A stretch of 64,000 nt of DNA, from NCBI RefSeq assembly GCF_001194135.2, contig NC_068987.1:32450697-32514696 (forward strand), written 5' to 3'. The notes beneath the pieces are model-generated. The model was not told the DNA's origin. It searched no databases and saw only the letters and a list, made by a program, of their open reading frames with translations. Numbering within the stretch: position 1 is the first letter of the stretch; each line of letters opens with the position of its first letter. Both the position numbers and the translations under genes were made by a program. Positions 39,171 through 52,193 of this stretch are shown here, piece by piece. The DNA comes from Octopus bimaculoides. Its lineage: Eukaryota.

Positions 39171-40037
39171 AACATATGTAACATAGACACCACCCCCATA
39201 CACAGGTGCATTAATAAAATACATCTAAGTCTATTTTATACATAGAAGACAAACCAATCACATAGAAGACAAACCAATCACATACAGACATACAACCAAA
39301 GTAATACACACAAAATCAATACATACATATGCGATACTGATACATGTACACAGATAAGAAGTAAACATCTGCATTCATAGTGTATATGTATGTGCGATTA
39401 CATACGCACACATACACTAAACAGACGCCCACATTCACTCACAAACATACACTCAACACATGCACACACACAGCATACTCATGAAGTATACACACACACA
39501 CATATATATACACACACACATGCAGCATACACACATACACATCAAAAACAGAAGAGAAACGGCTACAAAAGAAATAAAAAACAATACCAAAAATAAACAT
39601 GAGACTAAGAGACAAAGATCCTTATGTTAGTCTAAATAATTGCGTATAGTCTAAATAATTTTGCTATTCATTTTCCTTATTTATCTTTTTCAGATAAATT
39701 ACATTCATTTTATTTTTAAAGCTTTAACGTTTTATTTCGTTCTATCTATATAATTTTATAATCATTTTTTAAAAGTGATTTTAATATCAGTTGATTTTGA
39801 ATATTTCTGTTTGATGTGTGATAGGTTTTTAAAATGGCGTTTTTCGTCTCCTTTTGGTTTTACTTTCATTTTATACATATCTTTTTATCTAGTGGCAGTT
39901 TCATTTATGATTTCGTTTTTACCTTTTTAGGTTATTTTTTATTTCTTTTTGTTGTTTTTTTCATCGATGGTTGCTTTCTCTTTCATCATTCCTAAGGCCT
40001 TGCTTTTGTAGTAGTAGCAGTTGTAGTAGTAGTAATG

Positions 40038-40079
<42 letters not shown>

Positions 40080-40827
40080 ATTTTGTAAGGTAGTTTTTTG
40101 TGTTTATTGTTAATATCACGAAATATTGGTAACATTTAAAAACAGAATTTTCTTGTGACCTTGTGAGAGAATCACTCAAAGCCAGAATAGATATGATACT
40201 AATGACAAAGAGGATAGATTGGGGGGGGGGAAAGATGAAGTTGAAGACGAAATGGCAGAAGAAGAAGAAGAAGAAGAAGAAGAAGAAGAAGAAGAAGAAG
40301 AAGAAGAAGAAGAAGAAGAAGAAGAAGAAGAAGAAGAAAGCATATTGAAATGAAGAAGGGACAAAGTAAGACAGAAGTAGAATATGATGACAGATAGGCA
40401 CACAGAAAGATAAATAGAACGATATCGAGATAAATAGATAAACAGATGGATAGATAGATAAGCTAATATACTGATATATATATATATANNNNNNNNNNAT
40501 AGATAGATAGATAGATAGATAGACAGGTAAGTAGATAAACAGATGGAGAGAGATAGTTACATAGAGAATGTGAACTCCTGTTGTTGGTGTACTTTGTCAG
40601 TTTGTTTTGTTAGAGTTTAGTTTCTTATTTCATACCATGTTAGTGTTTGTTTCTTCTGTGTCTTAGGTGTGAGTGTAACGTGAATTGTATTGTTTTATTG
40701 GAGCTTATTCTTCAACAACATCTTATGTTGTTCAAGTTGTGTTTGTTTAGATCATCAGATGCTTATCGTATAGTGTGGGCGTTGTGTGTGAAGGTTGTTC
40801 AGCTTGAACTATTCTATTGTTATTGTT

Positions 40828-41033
40828 AAGGCAGCGAGCTGGCGGAACTGTTAGCTTGCCAGACAAAATGCTCGGTATCATTTAGCCCAACTTTATGTTC
40901 TGAGCTGAAATTGCACCGAGGTCAACTATGCCTTTCGTGTTCGATAAAATAAGAAACAGTTGAACACTGTGATCGATGTAATCACCTTATCCACTCTCCC
41001 CAATTTGCAGGCCTTGTTCCAAAATGTGAAACC
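40828..41033 (+). mobile_element. SINE family A with (ATT)n tail
   Basis: aaggcagcgagctggcggaactgttagc...ctgagctgaaatt...gcctttcg...ggccttgttccaaaatgtgaaacc followed by (ATT)n. Confidence 0.88.
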
Positions 41034-41051
41034 ATTATTATTATTATTATT

Positions 41052-41405
41052 GTTCAGTAGTTTTATTTTTATAACGTGCTTTCACTTCACTACCGAGCGC
41101 AGCTCTGTGCGCCTTGGGTATGTGCTGTGGTTTGCTGTGGTGCTCTTATGTTTACTGTATTGAAAGTGTTTTGCGTAGAATGTGTGCAGTACCCAGTAGT
41201 GCAATTTTCTGTATGTTATATATATTTGTAAGTCCTGGTATTTTTGTTATGTATTTGTCTGAATATTTTTTTATTATACCTAAGGCACCTACTATGATAG
41301 GAATTGTTTCTGTTTTTAGATTCCACATTCGAGTTATCTCCATTTCCAGGTCTTTGTATTTTGAAAGTTTTTCCATTTCTTTTAGAGAAACGTTGTCATC
41401 TGCTG

Positions 41406-41409
<4 letters not shown>
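41052..41409 (-). mobile_element. R4/Dong-like element, second 5'-truncated copy in (TAA)n
   Basis: Reads IPADDNVSLKEMEKLSKYKDLE..IPIIVGALG..ALLGTAHILRKTLSIQ* plus the 3' UTR. About 3 differences in ~113 nt versus the 8087 copy, and the shared 70-nt 3' end appears identical. Confidence 0.95.
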
Positions 41410-41463
<54 letters not shown>

Positions 41464-41929
41464 TGAATTCTTGAAAAGCGAAGACAGTCGACAACTCAGC
41501 AGGTATTTATAAAATTTTGGATGTTCCAAAGTTTATTCAAAAAGTTTATTCCTACATTTTGTTGTATCATAGTTTTATAAGCTAGCTAACAAATGTTGGT
41601 GAAGTTAGCTTCATTCAATTTCAGCCTTTAGAGGTCTGACATTATAACTAGTTTTCAAACTGGCCATATTGGAAATAAATAATGCGTGTAATACGACAAA
41701 CAACGAGATAAAAGAAAAAGAAAATTTTAATAGAGTTTCCCCACGTGCATTTATACTGTATGTTCTAAGCATGGTTGTGTTAAATAGTGAGAAAGAACGA
41801 ACAACGGAGAGAGCTCCTTACAGGATTTTGTGAAGGTGGAGGTATATATTTTCCGTCCCTCTGGTTAAATGTGGACGTTTTTTCCATAATTCCCTACCTC
41901 ATCAGGGGTTTTGTTTTTTTATGACATTA

Positions 41930-42942
41930 TATGTGTGGTCGCGGTTTGTCAGACTAGCTCGTCACGTCTCTTTGACTGAACTGCAGTTCTAGATCAAGCG
42001 TAAAGAAAGCCAGGGCGCCTGGCACCTAAAGTATTGTCAAGCGCTCGTAATCCTCTGTCAGTCGAGCAATGCAGTCGGTGGTGGAAGTTCCCCTTTGGCA
42101 CTCTATAGCGACAAATGGCGGACAAATGCGTTCTCAGGAGACACTGGGCGTCGATGAGAATCAATTGGCTGGTCTGTTCCAGAAGACTTTCGGGCAAGGA
42201 TCCATGGATAATTTTCCATAATCCCTAGTCTGGTAGTGCTGCCTGTTCGGGATAAAAACAACAGGCATGAAAGTGCCGTCAGCCGAGCTTGTACGAGATG
42301 TGCGCAGAACAACGAAACTGCTCTGCACGTTCTCGTCAAGTACTCCAGCATTACGACTTGTGGGTTTATATCGAATACATGCTATCGCATGTGGACAGAT
42401 GCGAGTATCGCTCGAGTCCATTATGATAATTGTCCCGCCGTCTTCCTTCGGCCGATAAGAGTAGGCAGTGTCTATTTGTCTGGCGACCTTAGCGAAAGAG
42501 GATGTGTGGTGGATCAGATAGAAAGGGCTGTAGACAGATACTTTCGTCTTTGGCCAAGCTCTCATCAACTTTTTAAAGTTTCACTTGAAATGAAGGTGAG
42601 GGTAGAGAGGGAAGTGCTGCCTCTCAGCAGTTGTATTGAAAGTTGGACGAATGTGGCAAGAATGGTCCGAGTGAACGGGCCTACTCAAAGCGTGCGCCTG
42701 TAGGTTGAAGGAAGTCGATGTGGAGAGGGTACTTTCCCTAGTGGCGAGGGTGACCGTGGATTTGTGGAGTCTTCGTGAGCAGCCCTGGAAAGTCTACCTC
42801 TTTTGCAGAAGTTTTCGTTCTTAAGTTTTATATTGTTATCGCTTCTTTCTGTTTCAACGATTCGATTAATGTAACCCCACATTGTATTGTCCTGTACCGT
42901 CCACAATGTTTTTGTGAACCCTTAGTGGTAAATAAAGAACAG
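41930..42942 (+). mobile_element. Tx1/L1-like LINE 3' fragment (CCHC/zf-RVT region and 3' UTR), decayed
   Basis: LPVRDK..RACTRCAQNNETALHVLV (C-x2-C..H), ..KVRVEREVLP..VARMVRVNGP*, then a 3' UTR with AATAAA just before (ATT)n. Confidence 0.75.
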
Positions 42943-43011
<69 letters not shown>

Positions 43012-43020
43012 GTTATTATC
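42943..43020 (+). repeat. (ATT)n tract shared by two tail-to-tail LINEs
   Basis: Directly visible. Confidence 0.97.
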
Positions 43021-43021
43021 A

Positions 43022-45075
43022 TATGAAAACTCAAAGCTTATTTTGCTGGGTATGATGGAAAGTGTCAGCTGCCCACAGCCAGCAGACTAAGGTGACATTT
43101 GTTTACTGGTCATGCTTCAAGAACCCTGTGAAAAATTCTTGTAGTTTCATGCAATGCTGATTATTCAGCCTTGTTGGTAGTCGAGTGCTGATACTTCCAA
43201 GTGCATCTACTCTCTTCATTAACCACAGCGTTTGCATTTACCACATTAAATCGTCTTCTTTCATACTGATCCTATTTTCAGCGGGGCATGCTATATCGAT
43301 TATCATGCATGTTCTTCCTTTTTTATTAACCACAACAATGTCCGGTTTCCGATGTCTGGTCAGGTGATCGCACTGGATCATTGTATCCCACAGGATCTTG
43401 CAATTCTTATTTTCGTTGACCTCTTCTGGAGTTTTCTCATACCGCGCCTTTGCTCTTTGTGGACCGTGATTTCCACAGAGCTTCCAATGGATTATTCTTA
43501 CCACATTGTCATGGCGTCTTTTGTAGACGCGTTGTGCCAATTTTGGGCATTCGCTAACGATGTTCCATACTGTTTCACCTCTCTCACCACACATTCTGCA
43601 TTTGTCGCTGGCGGTAGTGTTGTCTATTCTGTACTTCGTATAATTGGTCCTTAATACTTGTTCCTGATCTGCGCATACTAGTGCTTCTGTCTCTATCTTT
43701 AGGTCACTCTTACTCATGCATAGCCACCGGTCCTCTATATGTGTCTTGGCGTTCAAATCTCTTGCAAACTGACCGTACATTTTCTTTTCCTTCCATGCTT
43801 TTGCTTTTTTGTCTTTATTTCTTTAAATTTTTCTTCAGTTTCAATGACACCGGTCTTCTTCGTGTGTTTCAGCAGTGGCTCCACGGCATTTTTTATATAC
43901 CACCCTTGACTGTTTTCCTCTGCTTCGATACAATCCTGGAAAATGATCAGACTTCTCCCACCCTTTCTTCTGAACAAGTACAGCTTATCAGTGTCAGTCG
44001 TACGTCTCCGTGCACTGTCAACATTTTTCTGGTCTTGGTATCCATCTTCTTTATTTCTATCTTTTGCCATTTTATAATTCCCGCTCTATATCGAAGTGAT
44101 GTTATCGCCCACGTATTAACTGCATGAATTTTACACTATCCAATCAATTTTGCGTGCGACAATAACCTCAGCCTTCAGAAATACTCCGTCCTCAGTTGCT
44201 CTTTCATTCCCTCTTCCATTATCTCGTTGAACTCTTGTACACCACTTCTTTTCATATCCTTCCGTTTCAATTTACTTAATCAAGTCTCTATTCGGTAATT
44301 CTTTCCGTATTAGGGATTGTATCTTGCCTCTTTTTAGGTAGATTATTCCGCACTTCTTGAGTTCAAATTCCATTCTAATATCAGTTATAAAACAATAACC
44401 TGTGTTCACCAATGAACTCACTTATGTTTCATCTTTGCCATACAGTTTCATACCATCCATGAAGAGGAAGTAGTTGATTGTTCGGGATTTTTCCTATAGT
44501 TGGTACACCAGGTTCATTTTCCTAGCTACCAAGGTCTGGGGTATCATGCAGAGAACGAAAAGCAACGAAGGTAGGTTAACACCCTGGAAAATCCGTCTTC
44601 TGATACCCAGAGCGCCAAAGCTCTTTCCGTAAGATGTAAGTTCAGTTTTCCATGCCACGTTCAGTTTTCCATCACACGTTACATTCCTCGCAATTCCAAA
44701 CAGATCTAAGCACTCAATGATCCACGAGTGTGTAATCACATCATAAGCTTTGTGATAGTCAATCCGGCCATTCCCTGATTTATTCTCCTTCGTTTTCAAT
44801 CATGCATTACCATTTTGTTTATCAATAATTGATCTTTGGTACCTCTGCATCTCCTGCTATAGCCTTTCTGTTTTCTGTCCCGGCGGTAATACATCGTTCT
44901 CATCAAGAAATTTATATAGTTCTGCGGCAATTCCTCTTGACAGTAACTTCTATATTAATGGGAAGCAGGAAATTGGTCTGTAATTGTCTGCAATATTTCC
45001 CTTTGATACATCCTTCAGGCACAACACTGTTTATCCTTTTGTCAACAAGTCCGGCATTTTTTCTCCATTGATCAA
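43022..45075 (-). mobile_element. Older R4/Dong-like element (RT, CCHC and RLE endonuclease), decayed
   Basis: IDYHKAYDVITHSWI, RRIFQGVNLPSLLFVLCMIP, CRMCGERGETVWNIVSECPKL, RRHDNV and RKPDIVVVNKKGRTCMIIDIACP; (TAA)n at the 3' end. Confidence 0.92.
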
Positions 45076-45076
45076 T

Positions 45077-45360
45077 GCATCCTCCTCCTCCTCCTCCTCC
45101 TCCTACTTTTCTTCTTCTTCTTCTTCTTCTTCTTCTTCTTCTTCTTCTTCTTCTTCTCCTCCTCCTCCTCTTTCTTCTTCTTCTTCTTCTTCTTCTTCTT
45201 CTTCTCCTTCTCCTCCCTTTTCGTCTTCTTCTTCTTCTTCTTCTTCTTCTTCTTCTTCTTCTTCTTCTTCTTCTTCTCCCTTTTCGTCTTCTTCTTCTTC
45301 TTCTTCTTCTTCTTCTTCTTCTTCTTCTCCTCCTCCTCCTTCTACTTCTTCTTCTTCGTC

Positions 45361-45410
<50 letters not shown>

Positions 45411-45507
45411 TTTATCATGATCATGATCATTATTATTATTATTATTATTATCATCATCATCATCATCATCATCATCATTATCATCATCAACATCATCATC
45501 ATCATCA

Positions 45508-45569
<62 letters not shown>

Positions 45570-45580
45570 ATTATTATTAT
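45077..45580 (+). repeat. Compound (CCT)(CTT)(ATT)(ATC)(ATT) microsatellite
   Basis: Directly visible. Confidence 0.96.
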
Positions 45581-46213
45581 TCAAATACAAAAGCAGCAAA
45601 GAGAGATGTACTAAATACTTTGTTTATAATCTGAGACGAACACGTAAACACAGGACAATTTTACTTTCACCATCTATAGTCGCTAAGCGAATCATCAGTA
45701 CATTGTTACAAGTCATTTATGTCAACAAAACTCTGCATTACTCTTTCTCCTTCTACTGCCTTACAGCCGAATATGAAATTCTTTTATTGAACACTCAGGT
45801 ATTTCCTTTCGTCTACGTACGTTCCGAGAGAATCTTACATATTAACATTCTAGGTTGGTTTCGTCTTTCATCCTCGGAAGGTTCTAATAAATATATAGCA
45901 GTGAAGTACAGTGGGGATCATGTTGGTTTTATATTTGATTTTGCACTATATCTGAGGAAAATCATTTTCTAAGATTCCACTTTCGCTGGAGTTAGACCTT
46001 GTAGGTTTTAAAGCTATTAATCATTTTATGACAGAATACAAAGAATAGTTTGCAAGTATGAAGTGCCAAATGTCTAGACAACAGTAAAAAAGTTGTATAA
46101 TCCTCAATGACATCTATATAAACATACGTTTGTTTGTATGTACGCAAACAAGTCTGTTTCCATGTATACGTGTACGTGAAGCTCTCTCTTTATCTCTATA
46201 CAATTTATATATA

Positions 46214-46258
<45 letters not shown>

Positions 46259-46446
46259 NNNNNNNNNNNNNNNNNNNNNNNNNNNNNNNNNNNNNNNNNN
46301 NNNNNNNNNNNNNNNNNNNNNNNNNNNNNNNNNNNNNNNNNNNNNNNNNNNNNNNNNNNNNNNNNNNNNNNNNNNNNNNNNNNNNNNNNNNNNNNNNNNN
46401 NNNNNNNNNNNNNNNNNNNNNNNNNNNNNNNNNNNNNNNNNNNNNN

Positions 46447-46476
<30 letters not shown>

Positions 46477-46480
<4 letters not shown>

Positions 46481-46704
46481 GTTGTCCGGAAAGTTCGTGC
46501 CGATTTTTAAAGGAGAGAAAAAGGTCAATAAATACTTGCCATTACATTTTTAATCAACCAAATCCGAACCATTTTCTTGCACAATGCGTCTCCATCTTTC
46601 CTTTAAATTGAAAATACCCTCTTCCCCGAACTGAGGTGGTTTCATGGCAAATAAGTCGAAAGGTAAGCTGCTATAAATCGGCACGAACTTTCCGGACAAC
46701 CCAA
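46477..46704. mobile_element. mariner-derived MITE (228 bp) with perfect ~30-bp TIRs and TA target duplication
   Basis: TA-TTGGGTTGTCCGGAAAGTTCGTGCCGATTT...AAATCGGCACGAACTTTCCGGACAACCCAA-TA. The internal minus strand reads FDLFAMKPPQFGEEGIFNLKERWRRIVQENGSDLVD*. Confidence 0.95.
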
Positions 46705-46924
46705 TATATATATAGTAAGAAAAGGGAGAAAACCCGTTTGTTTTCTATTTTGTTATATTTCGTAACAGTACTTTATATTGTTAAAACCCTTTATCGTACC
46801 TCTACAATTTGATCCCTGAAAATTTTTCCCTACGCTAATATGACTCTTTCTTGCCGCTATGGTTTAAGTTAAAATAAACGATTGAGACCGAGTGTTTTCA
46901 AGCAAACACAACACCAAAATAATG

Positions 46925-47060
46925 GCAGTCTTCTTATTGATAATCAATTTATATTTTCGTTCCATGCTATATTGTTCCAGCAATATACCAGCTTTTCCAG
47001 TAATATATCAGCTTTTCTAGAAGAAGAAACTGCTCGCTCCTCACTCAACTCTTCTCCATT
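46925..47060 (-). pseudogene. Decayed mariner C-terminal relic
   Basis: RKADILLEKLVYCWNNIAWNENIN* resembles GIEKLVxRWxKCIxxNGxY*. Confidence 0.35.
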
Positions 47061-47503
47061 TCTGGAGAAAGGACGCTATAAAAAATATTCCACTAACCTA
47101 CAGTACAAAATAGTATATTGAGAGAGAAAGAGAGAGAGAGGGGGGGGTGAGGTGAATAAATAAGAGGGATAGAGAGTAAGAGAAGAAAAGAAAAGAAAAG
47201 AGAAATTTCGGCAGAATCTGAATAGCTTCTTACAGAGCTAAGCCGATACTATACATTGTTTTCTTCTACGTTTTGCTTCGTTCGTTTTATTCTCGATGCC
47301 CTTAAGCAATACCAATTTGCCATATAAATACATATAAACAGATACATATAAATACATATAAACAGATACATACCCACACACTTGTGTCTATGTATTTATC
47401 TAAATATCTAAATATATATGAAAGTCTGAGGCAGAAACACGTGTCCACGACTCGCCTCTTGTCTCCAAACAATAAGCTATCCTTTTCGATAATGGTACGT
47501 CAC

Positions 47504-47590
47504 CTTTGAGAAAATTCTTGATTCTCGAGATTACCTCCCTTTTAATATCGGCTAGGTTGCCATCGGCATTTGATAACTTGGATACATCCT
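47504..47590 (-). CDS. Candidate orphan internal exon (87 nt, phase 1/1), product unknown
   Basis: TACTAAC branch site ~18 nt upstream, cttcgcctgtag acceptor, open frame (E)DVSKLSNADGNLADIKREVISRIKNFLK(G), and AAG/gtgacg donor. No recognisable homology and no partner exon found. Confidence 0.25.
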
Positions 47591-48074
47591 CTACAGGCGA
47601 AGATAGTGTTAGTAAATCGACGGTGTTTGGTATTCCACATACCTATGCTTGTCTCTTGTTTGAGCATATATATATATATATATATATATNNNNNNNNNNN
47701 NNNNNNNNNNNNNNNNNNNNNNNNNNNNNNNNNNNNNNNNNNNNNNNNNNNNNNNNNNNNNNNNNNNNNNNNNNNNNNNNNNNNNNNNNNNNNNNNNNNN
47801 NNNNNNNNNNNNNNNNNNNNNNNNNNNNNNNNNNNNNNNNNNNNNNNNNNNNNNNNNNNNNNNNNNNNNNNNNNNNNNNNNNNNNNNNNNNNNNNNNNNN
47901 NNNNNNNNNNNNNNNNNNNNNNNNNNNNNNNNNNNNNNNNNNNNNNNNNNNNNNNNNNNNNNNNNNNNNNNNNNNNNNNNNNNNNNNNNNNNNNNNNNNN
48001 NNNNNNNNNNNNNNNNNNNNNNNNNNNNNNNNNNNNNNNNNNNNNNNNNNNNNNNNNNNNNNNNNNNNNNNNNN

Positions 48075-48113
<39 letters not shown>

Positions 48114-48362
48114 ACTTGGGGATGGTCATATTGTCAGTTTAGCCAATAATATATATATATATATAGGTGTGTGTGTATGTGTGTGTGTGTGTGTGTGCTT
48201 GTGTGCTTACCTGTGTGTGTATGTGTAGATGTACACGGATATACATATACATCGATATACATATATACACACGCGCTCAGCCGTTGCATGTGTATCGCAC
48301 GAACAAGGCCAATCAAGTGTATGGACGTATGCATATTGCATATGATATTATATATATATAAT

Positions 48363-48578
48363 AAAGGTGGTAAGCTGGCAGAATCGTTATGGCGTTGGTC
48401 AAAATGCTTAGCGGTAGTTCTTCCGACATTACGTTTTCAGTTCAAATGCCGTCAAGATCGACTTTGACTTACATTCTTTCGGAGAACGATAAAATAAGTA
48501 CCACTGGATTACTGGGGTCGATGTAATCGACTAATCCTTGCCCCGAAATTACTGTCGTGGTGCCAAAATTTGAACCCA
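48363..48578 (+). mobile_element. SINE family A, full length
   Basis: aaggtggtaagctggcagaatcgtt...cagttcaaat...gataaaataagtacc...gtgccaaaatttgaacc. Confidence 0.9.
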
Positions 48579-48785
48579 ATATCATCTATATAATATTACC
48601 ATATATTACATTATATATATTTAAACCTGTAGACATGTCAATGTATACACACACATTTATATACATATATAGGCGTACATGCATACACACATACACAACA
48701 TTGACGCACATGCACAAACATATACACACACTCATACACATAAAGTACATAGTGCACATGAACCAAGGCAGTATAATATTATTTT

Positions 48786-48910
48786 CTTCTCTAGGTACAA
48801 GGCCCGAAATTTTTGGGGAAGAGGGGCAGTCGATTAGATCTACCTCAGTACGCAACTGGTACTTAATTTATCGACCCCGAAAGGATGAAAGGCGAAGTCG
48901 ACCTCGGCGG
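48786..48910 (-). mobile_element. 5'-truncated SINE family A flanked by a 25-bp direct repeat
   Basis: aaccaaggcagtataatattatttt (48761-48785) and aatcaaggcagtacaatattatttt (48911-48935). Confidence 0.88.
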
Positions 48911-49079
48911 AATCAAGGCAGTACAATATTATTTTATCAGAGCAATATATGTAATTATTAAAAGTGCACAGTTACTCAACAAGTAGCCGATGATTTCATG
49001 CCTGTCATTGAAAAAATATATGGAATAGACTTCAATATATCACATAAAAAAATGTATACCTACATATCTGTCCAGTTAG

Positions 49080-49137
<58 letters not shown>

Positions 49138-49368
49138 GTCTGTCTGTCTGTCTGTCTATCTGATGTAAACAAGAAAATTAAGCAAAAAGAATTGAGTAGA
49201 TATTTTTTTTATTAATAATCGGCAGATGGTACCGAGTAACTCAAGGACAAAGAGTTTCGTACCTTGTTAAGTTTGATAACTGCCAACACACGAAACTCTC
49301 GGCCCTTCTGTCATTCTGTAACTTCTGCCGATCAATAATAAAAATTTGTGTGTGTATGTATATAATAT

Positions 49369-49417
<49 letters not shown>

Positions 49418-51004
49418 ATAAATAATATATAAATATATACATATATCCATATATATATAATTATATATAAATAGAGGACGTATATGTATATATATATTTC
49501 TCTATCAGAGAAGTGATATAGAGAGAAAGAGAGGAAACAGAAGTATAGTGACATATATAAATTGATAAAGATAAAATGAGGGAGGAGAGAAAGGGTGAGA
49601 TGAAAGAAGAGAGAGACAGTGAGAGATATGTATAGAAAGTGACTAGATACTCATGTGTTTAGTGTACTGGCTAGCTGAATAGGAGCTTCACACGGTTTAG
49701 TCACAGGGGAGGAATAAATATCGTGACTGATTGATATCTGCATATTATCTTCTTTCTCTGAAATCCAATATATCGGAAATTTCGAAATTAAACTCGATAT
49801 TTAATCAGTGTGTCTTTGATGCTGTTTTCATTTCTGCTTTCTTTAGCAGAGAAAGTAGACAGAGAGAGCATTATATATATTGAGGGACAGACAGACAGAC
49901 AAGTAATAACTTCACCCGTCTATTGTCTGTGAGTGTCTTCTAGCCGCGTACATAGATATATACAAACATATATACATATATACATACATATATACATACA
50001 TATATACATACATATATGTATATACATACACGCACAAATATTGTAAAATATTCGATGATTCACTCTGTCGTCATTAAGAGTCTCCAGCCTTTTGGTCTGT
50101 ATCGAGCTGTATCGAAAAAAATATATATAAACATTTCTACATGGATTGAGTTCTTTTTCTTTATTTTGCAACCAAAAATGCCTGCGTGCAAACAAGCGCG
50201 CGCACACATACACACACATACACTCACCTACTGATAGACATACGGGGGCATGTATATAATACTTTTTTTTTTTAACTTAGAGGTTGACGAAATTGGTAAC
50301 ACAAACTTTCTATGAGGAATGCTTCATAGCGATGTGTTGATGGGAAAACACATTTTGTTCAAGATTCCAGTCCAAGTGCAAGTAGGTGTAAACACGGATA
50401 AAAATTAATTCACAGCTTTAATCATCAGTTCTGTTATAGAAATTGAAAAGTGATTCGTTGAAATGTAATATCTAGTTCAAATATCCGTCCCAAGCTGGCT
50501 GTCATATTATATATTTGTCGTCCTCTATTTACCTCGCACTTGATTAACTACAGTCAAACACAAATAGTAATCTCTTATATTGGATGACGTGATCGGCAGT
50601 ATTTGCTTTCACAGCGTAACTACAAAGTCAAAGTCTGAAAGTTAGATACTCCATCATTGTAACAGTCATCTCTACTGCCATTATAGCAAACGTTGTCTTC
50701 ATTATCCTCACCATAGCAGCAGGAATATAAACAGCAACAATAAGAATAATATTTGACACTGGCCCAAAGCCGCCTATCCGTAGAAGAGAAGGTTATTCAA
50801 ATAGTGACCCGATTTCATTACAGTCATTTATTAAATCTATAAGGAAGAAATGAAAGATACAATCAATCGTGTCAGCATTTGAAGTCTGAACGAAAGAGAG
50901 ATAACACAATCCTGCAATGAAACTAAGACTTACAATCAATGTCTTTACCATTCAACCATCTTCTATATATAAATAACAATAGTAATTTCTAAGATTAGCA
51001 CGTC

Positions 51005-51115
51005 TTTACACATTTTTAAGAAGTGGGTAGTCGATCATACTAACGCCAGTACTTGTCTGGTACATTACCTTATCGACTCCAAGGGATGAATGATGAAGTT
51101 TACTTGGTGAATTAA
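51005..51115 (-). mobile_element. Old SINE family A relic
   Basis: gtcgatcatact..ccagtac..ctggtac..tatcgactccaagggatgaa. Confidence 0.5.
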
Positions 51116-51779
51116 GAACTCTGATCTTAAAGGCACACAACACATATTCCCCTGTCTGTATATCGAACATGCCAATGTAGTCTAATACATATATCGCATG
51201 ACGCTTACACTGCAAAAAGAAACACCGTTTGATATTTATATAGTTAATACCTCTGTTGGAAGCGTACAATGGATAACCAGAATTTGAAAACTGTAAAGAT
51301 TCAACAAGATCAAAATTCATCTGAAGCACAACGTTTAACTCGCCTTTCCTTTTCTTCAGGCAAAGTGATTCCATGCAGATTAGGATTGTGGACAAAATTA
51401 CAACACGGGAATCTACTGTGCCAAAGAAGTCATCACTCAACTCAACTCTGACTTAGACTAAATGAATCTGTCACATCAACTCGTGTAATATAATTTGATT
51501 CCGGTATTACAGTATTACAAAAGTCAGGCTACTACCATTACTTAGAGTACTGAAGTTATAAAATAATGAGCATTAATATTTCCAAATGTATTTCCGAAAG
51601 TGTTCTTAACAGTTGATTTGGGAATATATTTACCGTCTTAACGAAAGATAAAGCAGTGACAAACACTATTGTAATTGACCACATTGGAACATGTTAAAAG
51701 ATAGTGTTTTCATTTAACTGTATTTTCTATGAAGTAAGCATGTGAATGATATTTACCTCTTTCCATTATTTAATGACTG

Positions 51780-52100
51780 AAAAACAAGTGGAGGACACTG
51801 AAACTGTTATCAGAGCACCAAACAACAATGAGCAGTGTGAATAGTTTTCATAACAAGCTTTATTATATGAATAGTTGATCCTTGGATTATCGTACAAAGT
51901 CTCTGTTGGTCGTCCTTTGGTTCGAAACATTCGGGACCAGGAAAACCTTGAGAAGAAAATTTTAAGTCTTCCAAATAATACAATCTTTCTCGGAGAAGAG
52001 GGCTTAACCATTCGGAAGCAAAAACCATAATCAGCAAAAGAGACAATAAAGATATTTTTAGGAATTTTTGAACAGATGGTCATATTGTCCATTAACAAAT
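51780..52100 (+). pseudogene. Possible IS630/Tc1-like transposase relic
   Basis: LGLSYKVSVGRPLVRNIRDQENLEKK..NNTIFLGEEGLTI resembles LGLTYK..PxERN..IIFIDESGFNL. Contains stops. Confidence 0.35.
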
Positions 52101-52154
52101 TAACATTTCGACAAAGTTAAGACTTCCTAAATAAAAAATATGGTATGCACGCTC

Positions 52155-52193
<39 letters not shown>

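Noticed and set aside
49245-49300. GAGTTTCGT/ACGAAACTC inverted repeat ending in GAAACTC, hammerhead-like
   Set aside because: No CUGANGA-like core or pairing stem I in this copy.
51006-51440. 144-aa minus-strand ORF
   Set aside because: No recognisable domain, and its C-terminus reads through a SINE relic; likely chance.
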